In this document: one piece after another, positions 10,078-20,578 of the stretch
Numbering within the stretch: the stretch's first letter is position 1
How the letters are laid out: the number at the start of each line of letters is the position of its first letter
From: Candidatus Bathyarchaeota archaeon
Lineage (GTDB): Archaea > Thermoproteota > Bathyarchaeia > Bathyarchaeales > Bathycorpusculaceae
DNA length: 64,000 bases
NCBI GenBank assembly: GCA_963811105.1
Contig: CAWEPZ010000011.1
Coordinates: forward strand, 480,001-544,000
Reading direction: 5' to 3'
Position numbers and translations under genes: made by a program
The notes under the pieces: generated by a model
Seen by the model: the letters and a program-made list of their open reading frames with translations, nothing else
Told to the model about the DNA's origin: nothing
The model's database searches: none

Positions 10078-11061
10078 TCATGATTGTTTGCTGAATTTCT
10101 CTGACATTCTAGCTATTGCATAGAGTGTGATGGCAGTTGAAAGCATAAAGAAACCGATCAAAATAAAAGCTATCGATGCCAAAGCAATATTTGTTTGTAT
10201 CATATGCGTTACTGCATAATTCTGCATCATCCATACCCCAAAGCCTACGCCTGCAAGTAAAAAGAATAAACTAGGGATGCCTAACATAACTAGCGGTCTC
10301 TCTTCAACGATTAGGCGAATCAAAAACCACATGACACCCATACCGTGCGTTACAGCGTCTTGGCTCGAAGTGCTCCCCTTTGTATTGTATTTACAAGTGC
10401 TAGGAACCTCGACAATACGCAAATCAGTTTTGCTGGCGTTAAGCAAGATCTCAACGCTGGCACCCATGCCAGCCTCAAAAAAGTTAAGGCAATCCAACGC
10501 TACATGACTATAAGCTCTAAACCCACTTTGAGAGTCAGTAACCCCGTTCTTTGCTGATCCATTAACAATTTTAGTAATTAGTTTAGCACCAAATTGTCTA
10601 TAGAGTGGCATCTCTGCGGTTCCATCTTTATTGACAAAGCGACTGCCGATAACCACATCTGCCTCTCCTTCAATTATTGGTTTAATAACAATAGGAATCT
10701 CTCTTGGCTCGTGTTGTCCATCGGCATCTAATGTAACAAAAACGTCCGCGTTTAATTTATTAGCGCAGAGAAATAGACTCTTAAGAGAAGCGCCATAACC
10801 CTCATTTTCTTCATGTCTAACTACTATGGCGCCTAAACCTTCTGCAATCTTAGCGGTATAGTCGGTGGAGCCATCATCGCAAACAATAACCTTACTTGCG
10901 AACTTTTGCGCTTCTAAAACAACTCGTGCTATAGTTTGCTCTTCATTGAAGGCTGGGAAACCAACGACAACAAATGGTTTTGCCTTAGTTAAGGCGACTA
11001 CTTCAACAGCTTCAATTTCTACCATTATCCTTTCCTTCCTTGCCAGCCTACTTTTGCCCAA
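10078..11061 (-). CDS. Glycosyltransferase family 2, DPM synthase-like, with two C-terminal TM helices
   Basis: PAFNEE, CDDGSTD, LDADGQH, DSQSGFRAY; true start probably the internal MVEIE. Confidence 0.9.
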   Translation of the reverse strand: MGKSRLARKERIMVEIEAVEVVALTKAKPFVVVGFPAFNEEQTIARVVLEAQKFASKVIVCDDGSTDYTAKIAEGLGAIVVRHEENEGYGASLKSLFLCANKLNADVFVTLDADGQHEPREIPIVIKPIIEGEADVVIGSRFVNKDGTAEMPLYRQFGAKLITKIVNGSAKNGVTDSQSGFRAYSHVALDCLNFFEAGMGASVEILLNASKTDLRIVEVPSTCKYNTKGSTSSQDAVTHGMGVMWFLIRLIVEERPLVMLGIPSLFFLLAGVGFGVWMMQNYAVTHMIQTNIALASIAFILIGFFMLSTAITLYAIARMSEKFSKQS

Positions 11062-11136
11062 CGTTTAATGTATTGCCCAATTTAAAAAGACTATGTCAAA
11101 TAAGAGTTCTTTTCATCTTTTTCGTACAAATCGGCA

Positions 11137-12090
11137 TCACGTGAATTCATTACTATGTAATAACCTTTCTTTCAGCAAAATGCGCAAGCCAGCTTTCAAT
11201 GAAACCGTCGGTCTGTAACCTAAGAGTTTCTTAGCTTTTGAAATATCCGCATAACTATCTTTAATATCTCCCGCTCGAATATTCTCATGACGGATTTCCA
11301 AGTCCACGCCGGTTAATTCTAGAATTGTTTTAGCCAAGTCGTTAATGGAAGTGGGCTTACCAGAGCCAACGTTAAAAACTTCGCTCACGGCCTCCTTAGT
11401 TGTTATAGAAGCTAGAACAGCTTCAGCGATATCTTTCACATTTACAAAATCTCTGGTTTGCGAACCATCGCCATAAATTACAAGCGGTAACTGTTGTTTA
11501 GTAAATTCTATGAAACGCGTTATTACTCCACTATAATCATTCATGCCCTGCCTAGGCCCGTAAACATTAAAGAAACGCAGAACAACTGACTCCAAAAGTT
11601 TTCGCTCATTAAAGCCTAAACAATAACGCTCAACAATAAGTTTAGATTCAGCATATGGCGAAATCGGGCTGGTCGGAGCTTCTTCATTTACAGGTAGAAA
11701 TTCAGGGTCACCATTCACCGCGCAACTGGAAGCGAAAACAAATCTGTCAACTCGCTTCTCAATGCATGATCGAAGCAGATTCAAGGTTCCTAGAAGATTG
11801 ACGTCAAAAGTTAAATCAGGATTCTTGACCGACAAAGGCACACTTGTAACTGCTGCCAGATGAATTACTACATCAATGTCTTTAACGATTTTTTTGACGA
11901 GCGAAGCGTCACGAATGTCGCCTTTAACAAAATCCACTTTGCCTGAACTTACATGTCCTCGAATATTGTCTAGCTTGCCGGTGGATAAGTCATCAATGAT
12001 TCTTACAGCATAGCAGTCTTTAACTAATCGATCAACCACGTGGCTACCAATAAATCCAGCGCCGCCAGTTACCAAAACTCTTTTTGCCAT
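11137..12090 (-). CDS. UDP-glucose/UDP-GlcNAc 4-epimerase-like SDR
   Basis: VLVTGGAGFIG, PYAESK, RFFNVYGPRQ, GDGSQTRDF. Confidence 0.93.
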   Translation of the reverse strand: MAKRVLVTGGAGFIGSHVVDRLVKDCYAVRIIDDLSTGKLDNIRGHVSSGKVDFVKGDIRDASLVKKIVKDIDVVIHLAAVTSVPLSVKNPDLTFDVNLLGTLNLLRSCIEKRVDRFVFASSCAVNGDPEFLPVNEEAPTSPISPYAESKLIVERYCLGFNERKLLESVVLRFFNVYGPRQGMNDYSGVITRFIEFTKQQLPLVIYGDGSQTRDFVNVKDIAEAVLASITTKEAVSEVFNVGSGKPTSINDLAKTILELTGVDLEIRHENIRAGDIKDSYADISKAKKLLGYRPTVSLKAGLRILLKERLLHSNEFT

Positions 12091-12122
12091 ACTAATTAAT
12101 TACCGATTAAATATTTCATGAA

Positions 12123-12485
12123 TCATCTGTTTGTGTGCAATACTGCTAAGAAAAAAGCAAACGATAAGTCGGTACGCCAATTTTTCGCGGACATGTTGCC
12201 CCATTTTTGAGCCGTTAAACTATTTTTTTCCGCAAGAGGGCGACCTATCAATCTTAAAGATTTCAAGACGCTACTTTCTAATAACCCTTCCAACTTACCC
12301 ACGACAGCGAAGATACTTTTAGCTAAATGTGCACTACGTATGTTTTCTGACACTTTTATCGTTAAATCAACAAGCACTCTGTCAATCCTAGGCAAAGCTC
12401 TAAACCATACACCCGCGCGCATGGCTTTACTCTTAAGTTTAATCAATTGACTTCTATTAAGGAAGCTGGAAGAACTATCTTGCAT
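12123..12485 (-). CDS. Small basic hypothetical protein at the head of the epimerase operon
   Basis: 120-aa ORF co-oriented with the locus, ATG start. Confidence 0.65.
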   Translation of the reverse strand: MQDSSSSFLNRSQLIKLKSKAMRAGVWFRALPRIDRVLVDLTIKVSENIRSAHLAKSIFAVVGKLEGLLESSVLKSLRLIGRPLAEKNSLTAQKWGNMSAKNWRTDLSFAFFLAVLHTNR

Positions 12486-12789
12486 TAGTTAGCCCACTAC
12501 GTTAAATCAAAGTATTATCCACATGGTTATACCTAAAAAGACTTTTGGTAAGCAGCAAAAAAACTAACAAACAATGTCAGCAAGCAACTTTCGTCCATTA
12601 TTTTGTCAATTATTAATTAATAAAAAGAGCAAATAAACTACCTGGTTTAAAGAAAAATTATTTTTAGTTCATTTCAGTAGAAAATTTGGATATGAAAATA
12701 CTGCAGGAAAAAGCGATAGGAATAAGCTTTAATCGTTTGGCAGAGTCTCAATTTAGAAACATGCTTGTTTCATGAGACATGAGATTAAA

Positions 12790-13620
12790 CTAACTGTTGT
12801 TCTTTGCATAAACCATAGACATGTCAGATTTAGGTAGCTTCAAGGTTTTAACGCTAAAACCATTTCGGGACAGATAAGAAGTAAGTTTTGAAGTTATCGT
12901 TTCTGTGTGAGATTCCATCGAGATCCTGTCAATTCTAGAAAAGTATTCTGTAGGAAGATTAAGCAACATATCCAATTCTTCCCCTTCAACATCTATTTTA
13001 AGAAAATCGATTTTCAAAAGATTGTTCGAGTCCATTATTTCCTTCAAGGTGATCGTACGTACAATGATATCATTATCATTTTCCTTGCTTATCCGCCCTA
13101 GTCCTTGAGCATCCATACTGAAGTTTAGGTTACCAGAAATTCCTCCAACTGCAAATTGAAAGGTTTTTACGCAATCTGTAACATTATTGATGGAGACATT
13201 TTCCAAAAGTAATTCGAAATTATCGGGGCGCGGTTCGTAGCTGTAAATGCTGCAATTTGCAGATTTAGCTGAAAAAACGGTAAAAACCCCTATATGAGCA
13301 CCAATGTCCACGACTACATCGCCATCTTTTATTATAAAATCAGAGTTCGGAAAATACGCCCGTTCTAGAAAAATTTCGTCGATTATATACCTATCAAACT
13401 TAAAAGGGCGCACAACGAAGGTAATGCCGTTTTTCAGTTTATACCTGAAATGCATACCTAAACTTTTTTTTCGAACGACAGGTAAGCGAAACCCGACTAA
13501 ATCTATTATGTACTTGGGAAGCGAGCTAACGCTGTAAAGTCTAATCCTATTCACCAACTCAGGTAAAAACTGTTTAATTATAAGCCATTTACTATGGCCG
13601 TTGTATACTGAGCAAACCAT
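12790..13620 (-). CDS. FkbM-family methyltransferase
   Basis: VVVDIGAHIG, YEP..DNF, IDFLKIDVEGEE. Confidence 0.9.
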   Translation of the reverse strand: MVCSVYNGHSKWLIIKQFLPELVNRIRLYSVSSLPKYIIDLVGFRLPVVRKKSLGMHFRYKLKNGITFVVRPFKFDRYIIDEIFLERAYFPNSDFIIKDGDVVVDIGAHIGVFTVFSAKSANCSIYSYEPRPDNFELLLENVSINNVTDCVKTFQFAVGGISGNLNFSMDAQGLGRISKENDNDIIVRTITLKEIMDSNNLLKIDFLKIDVEGEELDMLLNLPTEYFSRIDRISMESHTETITSKLTSYLSRNGFSVKTLKLPKSDMSMVYAKNNS

Positions 13621-13684
13621 GAAATATGGTAGTTCAGATTTAGGCTTTAACTATTTCCATAACCCTCCAAGAAATGTTCGAGGC

Positions 13685-16462
13685 TCAGCGTTTCTTAAGC
13701 TTATTCATGATCTGAAGCATGCGGCCTCTGCTAACGTATGCTAAAAGTATTAGAAGCGTTATTGCAGAGGCAACCGATATTGCTGCTGCGTAGTAGAACC
13801 AAGTTTGAGGCTTGTATTCGAACATGATTTGGAATTGTCCTGTCTTGTTGATATTGTAGCCTTGAAATCCAAGATAAAGTGGAGTAGGACTAATTTGTTG
13901 GCCATTCACATTGGCGACCCAATAATTATCGAAGGCCTCAGTGGTTGCCAAAACAAAGGGGTGGTTTGCATTTACAGTGACTAGAATCTTGGTGGGATTC
14001 AGACGTTGCACATTCAATACTTCAGCAGTCTGATTCTGAACCGCCTGACTAAAGATGTTATCGAGCCCAGTAGTGTTCAGGGCAAAGTTTGTCCCAGTGA
14101 CCTTAACATCACCAATCCATAAAGAACATGGATATTTGTCGTCGGAGATGTCGAACCAAAGCTGTAGTTTAAAGTGATCGGTGGCCTTTGAGGGCTCAAA
14201 TGTGAAATTGATATTCCATGGGTAAATCCAACTTGAATTATGGGAACTGTAACTCGCCAGTTCAGCTATATGACTGGTTAACATAGAATTATCTTTTTCA
14301 TACTGAATTATCGTAATATTTACATTAGCAGTGGTATAAGCAAGGCCATTGACTGCAATCGTGTATAGGTTCTCATACTGTGACGACAATGAAGGAAAGT
14401 CTACTTCACACGAAGCACCTGCGACCTGAGGCAGGTCTATTCGTGCGTAGGGTCCAGATTGTTTCGGATTTGCGGATGACTTGGATCCATTAATATACAT
14501 TGATGCTTGCAAATCATTGATTGCTGTGGTGTTGCTGAAATCCCACTCTTTCTGAAAAACATTTTTGGTTTGAATTGAGATATTTGACTGCTGCAACAAT
14601 AGGGGCGTTGTCGCGTAAAACGAGGGCTTTGAGTCAGCATATTCGTAAATATCCAAATCACCAAACGCTTTTGTAAATTGAAGATACGGCTGTTTTTCAA
14701 AGAAGCCCTTCATTAGGGTGGTAGACATAATGGCGCTTTCCGATGTTAATGTTCCATCCGGCAAAGTAGTTCTGCCAGGCAAACTACTATTAACATCGTT
14801 ACGTTGCAAAATATACTTAACATTCAACAAATCAAGCAAAGCCTTAAACTCGTTAACCCTACCATAGCGGATTGCATAATTTAGTTCCTCTAATGTTGAA
14901 GCGGTCTGAGGATTAACAACATAACTATTCAAGACATCTGTTGAAACTATAGGTTTTTCAATTAACCTATCGATCAATTGGTCCGTTCCATAGTAACTAC
15001 TGTCGTTACCCCACATGTAAGGCATCTGGTAGAAATCGTCAAGAGGCGTCACGAGAACTCTCCAGTCACCTTGTTGATTATTTAGCCAGTTAGTTGCTTG
15101 GAACCAATAATCAGGAATTTGAACCCGCGATGAGAATTCAGAATTTTCAATACTAATTATGGTTTCGTTATCCAGGAGAGGATAGACCGAGGCAAGAAAA
15201 ACTAAAGCCAAAAGCACTAATGCGAAAATCTTGTAACCTCGAAAATCAACCCGCTTAAATTTAAGATTGGCGATATTGTCGCTTGCGTACCCAACTAACA
15301 AAGCTAGGAATGGCATCAATAGCAAAGTAAACTTGGAGACAGGTTCCCTGAATATAGTCATAAATGGAAGATTAAAAAGAAACTTGTTTGGTAGGCCAAA
15401 CGAATCTTGATAATGTAAACCTGTTGCAAGAAAGAGAAAACAAAGAATGACCATCATTAAATAAGCGTTAAAACGCGACTTATTGCTTCTGAAAAGTAGA
15501 GCTGTTCCTGCAACAATAAAAGGTACGAAAACCAAAATAGTCAGAACAGGCATTGAAAAATAGTTTGGCATTGAATAATATTTCCAATATGGGTAGTATT
15601 CAGGGAGCCAATTCCAATAACCATTCAGCCAAAACAAGTTTAGAAACGAGGCTCTAGATTGAGTCCACGACCAAGCCTCAATGCTGATTTTAGAAGTAAG
15701 CGTTTGAGACGGTGAAAAAACAAATGAACCCAGTACAGGAATTAACCACCACAGATTAAGTGGAAGAGTTACACCCACAGTTTTACCAAGCGACAACAAA
15801 AAGGGACGTAATTGGTTTCTGTGCTTAACTAAAAAATAAATTGCTAACGTAGCTAAACCAATGATGAGCAAAGCCACGTTTGCAGGGTTTATACTAGCAA
15901 AAGAAAAAGCCACAACCGAAACGATTGCAAAATAAATGATGTGTTTGTTGGCTGATTTCTTATTCTGTTGGTAAGTTGCTGTAATGGCAGTAAAAAATAA
16001 AGCTAGAAGTAAAGGCAGAAAAGCGTAAGTCCATATGAAGCCTACGTTGCTAAAGTCAAGAAGAACGAAGAAGTTAAAGAGATAGAAAAAGGCCGCCATA
16101 AAGGCTGATATTTTGTACATTGGGTATATTTTTTTGGTCAAATAGAACATTGAAAAGCCAGCTACTAGAAACAGAAGTATCTTCATTGCAATCTGAATTA
16201 AGCTTAGGCTGAGCCCTGTTGAGCTTAAGAAAGCACCTAAATACTGGTACAGAAGGTAGGCAGGCGCAGGAGTTGCGTACCCAAGGTAGTCAGTAGACCA
16301 TAAGTATGGTCCAGCTGCGAAAACTTTGTGGGCATTTAAGTATAGTGGAAAATCATCGCCATATGCTAAGATGTATCCTTGTCTGAACCAGAGAAGCGGA
16401 AATAACCCTGCAATAAAAAGAATGGCAATTTCGATTATAGTTATCTTTTGAGATTTGTCCAA
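13685..16462 (-). CDS. Large GT-C membrane glycosyltransferase (AftD/DUF3367/YfhO-like) with extracellular domain
   Basis: About 13 TM segments, early GDD, IFREPVSKF, LLNVKYILQRND, YfhO-like C-terminus (EAFDNYW...FEYKPQ plus TM). Confidence 0.7.
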   Translation of the reverse strand: MDKSQKITIIEIAILFIAGLFPLLWFRQGYILAYGDDFPLYLNAHKVFAAGPYLWSTDYLGYATPAPAYLLYQYLGAFLSSTGLSLSLIQIAMKILLFLVAGFSMFYLTKKIYPMYKISAFMAAFFYLFNFFVLLDFSNVGFIWTYAFLPLLLALFFTAITATYQQNKKSANKHIIYFAIVSVVAFSFASINPANVALLIIGLATLAIYFLVKHRNQLRPFLLSLGKTVGVTLPLNLWWLIPVLGSFVFSPSQTLTSKISIEAWSWTQSRASFLNLFWLNGYWNWLPEYYPYWKYYSMPNYFSMPVLTILVFVPFIVAGTALLFRSNKSRFNAYLMMVILCFLFLATGLHYQDSFGLPNKFLFNLPFMTIFREPVSKFTLLLMPFLALLVGYASDNIANLKFKRVDFRGYKIFALVLLALVFLASVYPLLDNETIISIENSEFSSRVQIPDYWFQATNWLNNQQGDWRVLVTPLDDFYQMPYMWGNDSSYYGTDQLIDRLIEKPIVSTDVLNSYVVNPQTASTLEELNYAIRYGRVNEFKALLDLLNVKYILQRNDVNSSLPGRTTLPDGTLTSESAIMSTTLMKGFFEKQPYLQFTKAFGDLDIYEYADSKPSFYATTPLLLQQSNISIQTKNVFQKEWDFSNTTAINDLQASMYINGSKSSANPKQSGPYARIDLPQVAGASCEVDFPSLSSQYENLYTIAVNGLAYTTANVNITIIQYEKDNSMLTSHIAELASYSSHNSSWIYPWNINFTFEPSKATDHFKLQLWFDISDDKYPCSLWIGDVKVTGTNFALNTTGLDNIFSQAVQNQTAEVLNVQRLNPTKILVTVNANHPFVLATTEAFDNYWVANVNGQQISPTPLYLGFQGYNINKTGQFQIMFEYKPQTWFYYAAAISVASAITLLILLAYVSRGRMLQIMNKLKKR

Positions 16463-16584
16463 AGGGTTATCCTCGGGTCATCTTTAATAAGGATTATAAT
16501 TGATGAATCCTGATAATAATTAAAACTTGCCTTTGAGGGAGTTTCAATTGCTGTCTTTTTAATTAGCCAAACAACTCGCGATTT

Positions 16585-17184
16585 TTACTTTGACGAAATT
16601 TCGATTTGAATATGCCATGGCTTAGGGAATTTTCTCGTCATCAAAGAATTTTTTATCGATTGAAAATCAAACGTATAGTATTTTGATTTTGCTTTAAATT
16701 GAAATAGTATTGCTTTCCAGTCCCCTGGATACATCAGTCTTTCGTTGCCGAAGGATTGCTCAGGAAAGTTAATTGAAGGAACGCTGAACAAAATTTTGCC
16801 TTTGACGGCTTTCTTAGTATCTAAAACGATGTCCTGTATAGTTTTGTTATCTAGGTGTTCAAGCAACCCCTGTGAAAAACTCAGCCCAAAAGATCCATTC
16901 TTAAAAGGGAGATAACGGGCATCTGCAACTACAAAGGTTACATCTTTAGAATTATAATATCGTGAAACCTTAGAAGCCATTTTTATAACTCTTGAATCAC
17001 AATCAATCGAAACTACCTTAAGCCCAAAATAACTAACAAAGCAACTTTGTAAACCGGTTCCGCTACCAATTTCGAGTGCTCTCTTTCTTAGCCCTAACAA
17101 AATACAATATAACAAAAACTGAAGATGAGCAAATACATCTTTCAATATACTAAAAGACCACTTGTCATACTCGCTCCAAGACAT
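16585..17184 (-). CDS. Class I SAM-dependent methyltransferase
   Basis: ALEIGSGTG, ADARYLPF, SQGLLEH. Confidence 0.88.
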   Translation of the reverse strand: MSWSEYDKWSFSILKDVFAHLQFLLYCILLGLRKRALEIGSGTGLQSCFVSYFGLKVVSIDCDSRVIKMASKVSRYYNSKDVTFVVADARYLPFKNGSFGLSFSQGLLEHLDNKTIQDIVLDTKKAVKGKILFSVPSINFPEQSFGNERLMYPGDWKAILFQFKAKSKYYTFDFQSIKNSLMTRKFPKPWHIQIEISSK

Positions 17185-17242
17185 GGATTGAACCTATGCC
17201 GCCTGGAATATATTAAGAATTCCAAGATCGCAGATTCGATAT

Positions 17243-18328
17243 CTAAACGAATCTGTTTAGTAGATTTTGGAGGTCCTTTCCGCTAGCACTAATCGAGAAT
17301 TTTCTAATAGCAGAGTTTCTTAGATCTTGAAAAGACATTTCTTCAGAGCTCAACGCATCGTGAAGTATATCTAAAAATTCCGCTTCGTTATTAGCTAGCC
17401 AACCTGTTCTTTCATCAACTGTTTCTTGGAAGCCCATACAATTAAATGCCACGACAGGAGTTCCACAAGCCATAGACTCTACCGGAACGAAACCAAATTG
17501 TTCCCATTTCTGAGGGCAGACTGTTAATTTGCTTTTGGAATATAATCTCGCTAGCTCTATGTCAGACAACTTTGGGTGATAGGAAACCTCGTTTTCTCCC
17601 TTGCTCACCAGTTCCTTAGCCATTTTAGCGTTTCCAAAAAGGTTCACAAGAAAACCGTCTACTTGAGCAAGTTTAATTATTTTTTCTGCGAAATCTTTTC
17701 TAGTATCGCCTAAATGAGAACCTAAATACACCGTAATCTCATTCCGCTCCTTTCCAATTGTGGGCTTGAAGATCTCTTCATCTATTGGAGGATAGACCAT
17801 CGAGCTAACCTCGACATTGTATAACACATGCAACAAGGAAGCCGTTATCTTGCTATTGGCAACAACTAAATCGCAAGCAGCAAGCAATTTAGCGTACCTT
17901 TCACTAAAGAAAAAAAAAGGAACATACCGCAAAAAACCATACAACGCCCTTTGTTTAAAGGTCAAAGAACTCATATCAAAACAATTTGCGATGGCATGAG
18001 AGCCGTATAGAACCTGCACATAAGAGATTGATTTCACCCTAATCGCTCTCTTGACATTGGCCAATAATCTTAATCTCTTTAAATCATCATCCGCAAAACA
18101 AAATTTGGGATTAATTCTTTTCACTTCTTCAATAACGCTATCTTTACTTCTGCAAACTGTAACTTCAAAACCGCTTTTTTCAAAAAAATCCGACAAAACG
18201 TCACTGCAGTTAACCAATAAAAAAGAAATCTCATACTTGCTTTTCAAACCCTTTGCAAAGTTGAAAAATGGCCGAACCACACCCTCATGAGGCTTGTCCT
18301 GGTCAGCGATTAGGAAAGTAATATCCAA
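17243..18328 (-). CDS. Glycosyltransferase family 4
   Basis: EQFGFVPVESMACGTPVV. Confidence 0.88.
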   Translation of the reverse strand: MDITFLIADQDKPHEGVVRPFFNFAKGLKSKYEISFLLVNCSDVLSDFFEKSGFEVTVCRSKDSVIEEVKRINPKFCFADDDLKRLRLLANVKRAIRVKSISYVQVLYGSHAIANCFDMSSLTFKQRALYGFLRYVPFFFFSERYAKLLAACDLVVANSKITASLLHVLYNVEVSSMVYPPIDEEIFKPTIGKERNEITVYLGSHLGDTRKDFAEKIIKLAQVDGFLVNLFGNAKMAKELVSKGENEVSYHPKLSDIELARLYSKSKLTVCPQKWEQFGFVPVESMACGTPVVAFNCMGFQETVDERTGWLANNEAEFLDILHDALSSEEMSFQDLRNSAIRKFSISASGKDLQNLLNRFV

Positions 18329-18333
18329 GTTTC

Positions 18334-19425
18334 TTAATCCAACTCTAACTTTTCTATAAACTCTTTAGCTGTCTTATCCCAATTAAATCCTTTCGCATAC
18401 CGCAAAGCATTAAAGCTGAGCGTTTGCCTCTTATGGGAATCTGCAAGAACAGTTAGAACTTTTTCTGCGAGGCCCTCAACATTGCCACTTTCAGCCAACA
18501 GTCCAGTCTCATTATTTATAACGCTATCCCTCAACCCATGTACATCATAAGCCACACAGGGCACACCAAGAGCATTAGCCTCAACAATATTCAAACCCCA
18601 ACCTTCACGTAAACCAGGATTAACCAAAATCCAACTCTTGGCAATCAAATCACGGCGATCCTCATTCGATAAGTTGCCAAAAAATTTAACGTTAGAACCA
18701 GCTATTCTTTCAAGCTTTTCCTTAAACGGACCATCACCCAAAACCCACAGCTTAGCGTTGGGTAACTTCTTCCTGACAATCTTAAACGCCTTAACCACAT
18801 GGTCAGGCCGCTTAGCACGCTTCAAACGCCCAGCATACACGACAACTGGCTCTGAACTCTTTTCAGGGATATCAGACAGGGGCTCAAAATTCAAACCCTG
18901 ATGAACGACGGAAACATGCTTAAACCCCAAACTTATTAAGTCCGTTCGAGTGCTTTCAGACACTGTCACAGTCGGAACATCGACATAATTTTTTAGCCAT
19001 CGGTTTTCAAGAAAATAATAGCCAAGATAACTTACTGGAAAAGGAGTTTCATAAAACCAAAATTCACGAGCCAACTGGTGAATCAAAGCAACCACTTTCT
19101 CACCATTCAACGCAAACTTCTGCGCAAAAAAAGGCCTAGTGTTAATTTCGTCTATGATTGTGTCAAAATGTTCAGCTTTGAAACGCTTCAAATACGCTTT
19201 TTTGGCTTGACCATAAACAGAAAAACGACCGCCGCCTCTAACAATTTTGACCCCATCTAAAACCTCCTCCTCTTTACATCCAGGAAATTCAGAAGTAAAC
19301 AATGTCACATCATGCCCAAGGCTTACCCAGCGCTTCGCCACCTCATGGGTAAAAACCTCTGCCCCACCCATCTCAGGATTAAGCCAGCAGCGCCAATTAA
19401 ACCAGAGTATCTTAGAACCCGTCAT
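18334..19425 (-). CDS. Glycosyltransferase family 4 (Rv0225-like)
   Basis: NWRCWLNPEMGGAE, GRLKRAKR, EGWGLNIVEANALGVP. Confidence 0.9.
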   Translation of the reverse strand: MTGSKILWFNWRCWLNPEMGGAEVFTHEVAKRWVSLGHDVTLFTSEFPGCKEEEVLDGVKIVRGGGRFSVYGQAKKAYLKRFKAEHFDTIIDEINTRPFFAQKFALNGEKVVALIHQLAREFWFYETPFPVSYLGYYFLENRWLKNYVDVPTVTVSESTRTDLISLGFKHVSVVHQGLNFEPLSDIPEKSSEPVVVYAGRLKRAKRPDHVVKAFKIVRKKLPNAKLWVLGDGPFKEKLERIAGSNVKFFGNLSNEDRRDLIAKSWILVNPGLREGWGLNIVEANALGVPCVAYDVHGLRDSVINNETGLLAESGNVEGLAEKVLTVLADSHKRQTLSFNALRYAKGFNWDKTAKEFIEKLELD

Positions 19426-19455
19426 CTTAATTTCACAAACAATTTTAGCAAGAGA

Positions 19456-20196
19456 CTAAATGACAGTTTCAGTCGAAATCTTATGTTGGTACCAGTGAAT
19501 AATTCTTAGCCTGTAAGCTATGCCAAGCAAATCAATAAACATTCGCCAAGCGTCTGTGGGCTTAAATGAAGCGTCTAACTTCATTTTCACAGGCATTTCC
19601 TTAATTTTTAAGCCGTAAAGATGAGCAACCGTCAATAATTCAACATCAAAAGCATAACGTTTCACTGCTAACCTTGGAAAGATTTTGTCGACAGCATTTC
19701 TATTCATTGCTTTCAAACCTACTTGAGTATCATTTAATTTGAAACCGGTTAGAATTCTAACTAATAAGTTGAAGGTTCGGCTCATCATCCTTCGACTCAA
19801 AGGTACGGAAACCAAAGATTCAGGGAGCCATTTATTTGCAATAACAATGTCAGCGTGCTCCAATGCTTTCATATATTCTGAAATTACGTTTAGGTCTATC
19901 TCCATGTCACCGTCAATAAACATGACTTTGTCACCAATGGCTTTCAAGCAACCAGTCTTAACCGCATGCCCTTTTCCCACATTCCTTTCATAACGAATAA
20001 CCTTTACATGACCATTTCTTTGAGCATAACCAAACGCCTTTGTAAACGTTTTATCACTGCTACCATCATCAACAACAACAATTTCGTACGGAAGCAGCTT
20101 ATTCTTAATAACCAAATCCAATGTGCCTAAGGTATCCTCAATGAAAACCTCTTCATTGTAAGCAGGAATTACAAACGACAATTCAACCTGACCCAT
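19456..20196 (-). CDS. Glycosyltransferase family 2 (dolichyl-phosphate glycosyltransferase-like)
   Basis: PAYNEE, DDGSSD, IDGDM, DTQVGLK, FDVELL. Confidence 0.9.
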   Translation of the reverse strand: MGQVELSFVIPAYNEEVFIEDTLGTLDLVIKNKLLPYEIVVVDDGSSDKTFTKAFGYAQRNGHVKVIRYERNVGKGHAVKTGCLKAIGDKVMFIDGDMEIDLNVISEYMKALEHADIVIANKWLPESLVSVPLSRRMMSRTFNLLVRILTGFKLNDTQVGLKAMNRNAVDKIFPRLAVKRYAFDVELLTVAHLYGLKIKEMPVKMKLDASFKPTDAWRMFIDLLGIAYRLRIIHWYQHKISTETVI

Positions 20197-20445
20197 TTAA
20201 TGAATCTCCTTCTTGGGCATTTTCCATAAACTAAAGCTTACCAATTGTAGAATAACGCCAGCAACCAAAACAAAATATGCGCAATCTCCTATCACTTCAG
20301 CTAAAAAAGCCTGCCCAACAGCCATAAAAACTGCTGCAATCAATAAAAGCACAATGAATCCAGCAATAAGGTGCAGACTCAATTTCTCCTTCACGTATAT
20401 TTTTAACTTTGCCAGAGACCTAGTAATCAATTCTCGTTTCCACAA
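20197..20445 (-). CDS. Small 2-TM membrane protein
   Basis: Hydrophobic ORF abutting the downstream GT2. Confidence 0.65.
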   Translation of the reverse strand: MWKRELITRSLAKLKIYVKEKLSLHLIAGFIVLLLIAAVFMAVGQAFLAEVIGDCAYFVLVAGVILQLVSFSLWKMPKKEIH

Positions 20446-20578
20446 AGGACTTTCAACGAAGCTTATAACATGATGTAGATTTAATAACTTTGCCCATATT
20501 CGACCTGCCCGTCAAATTAGTCAACACTATGTAGAATAGAAGAAAAATCAATACATCCGAAAATTGTTATTCTAACAA

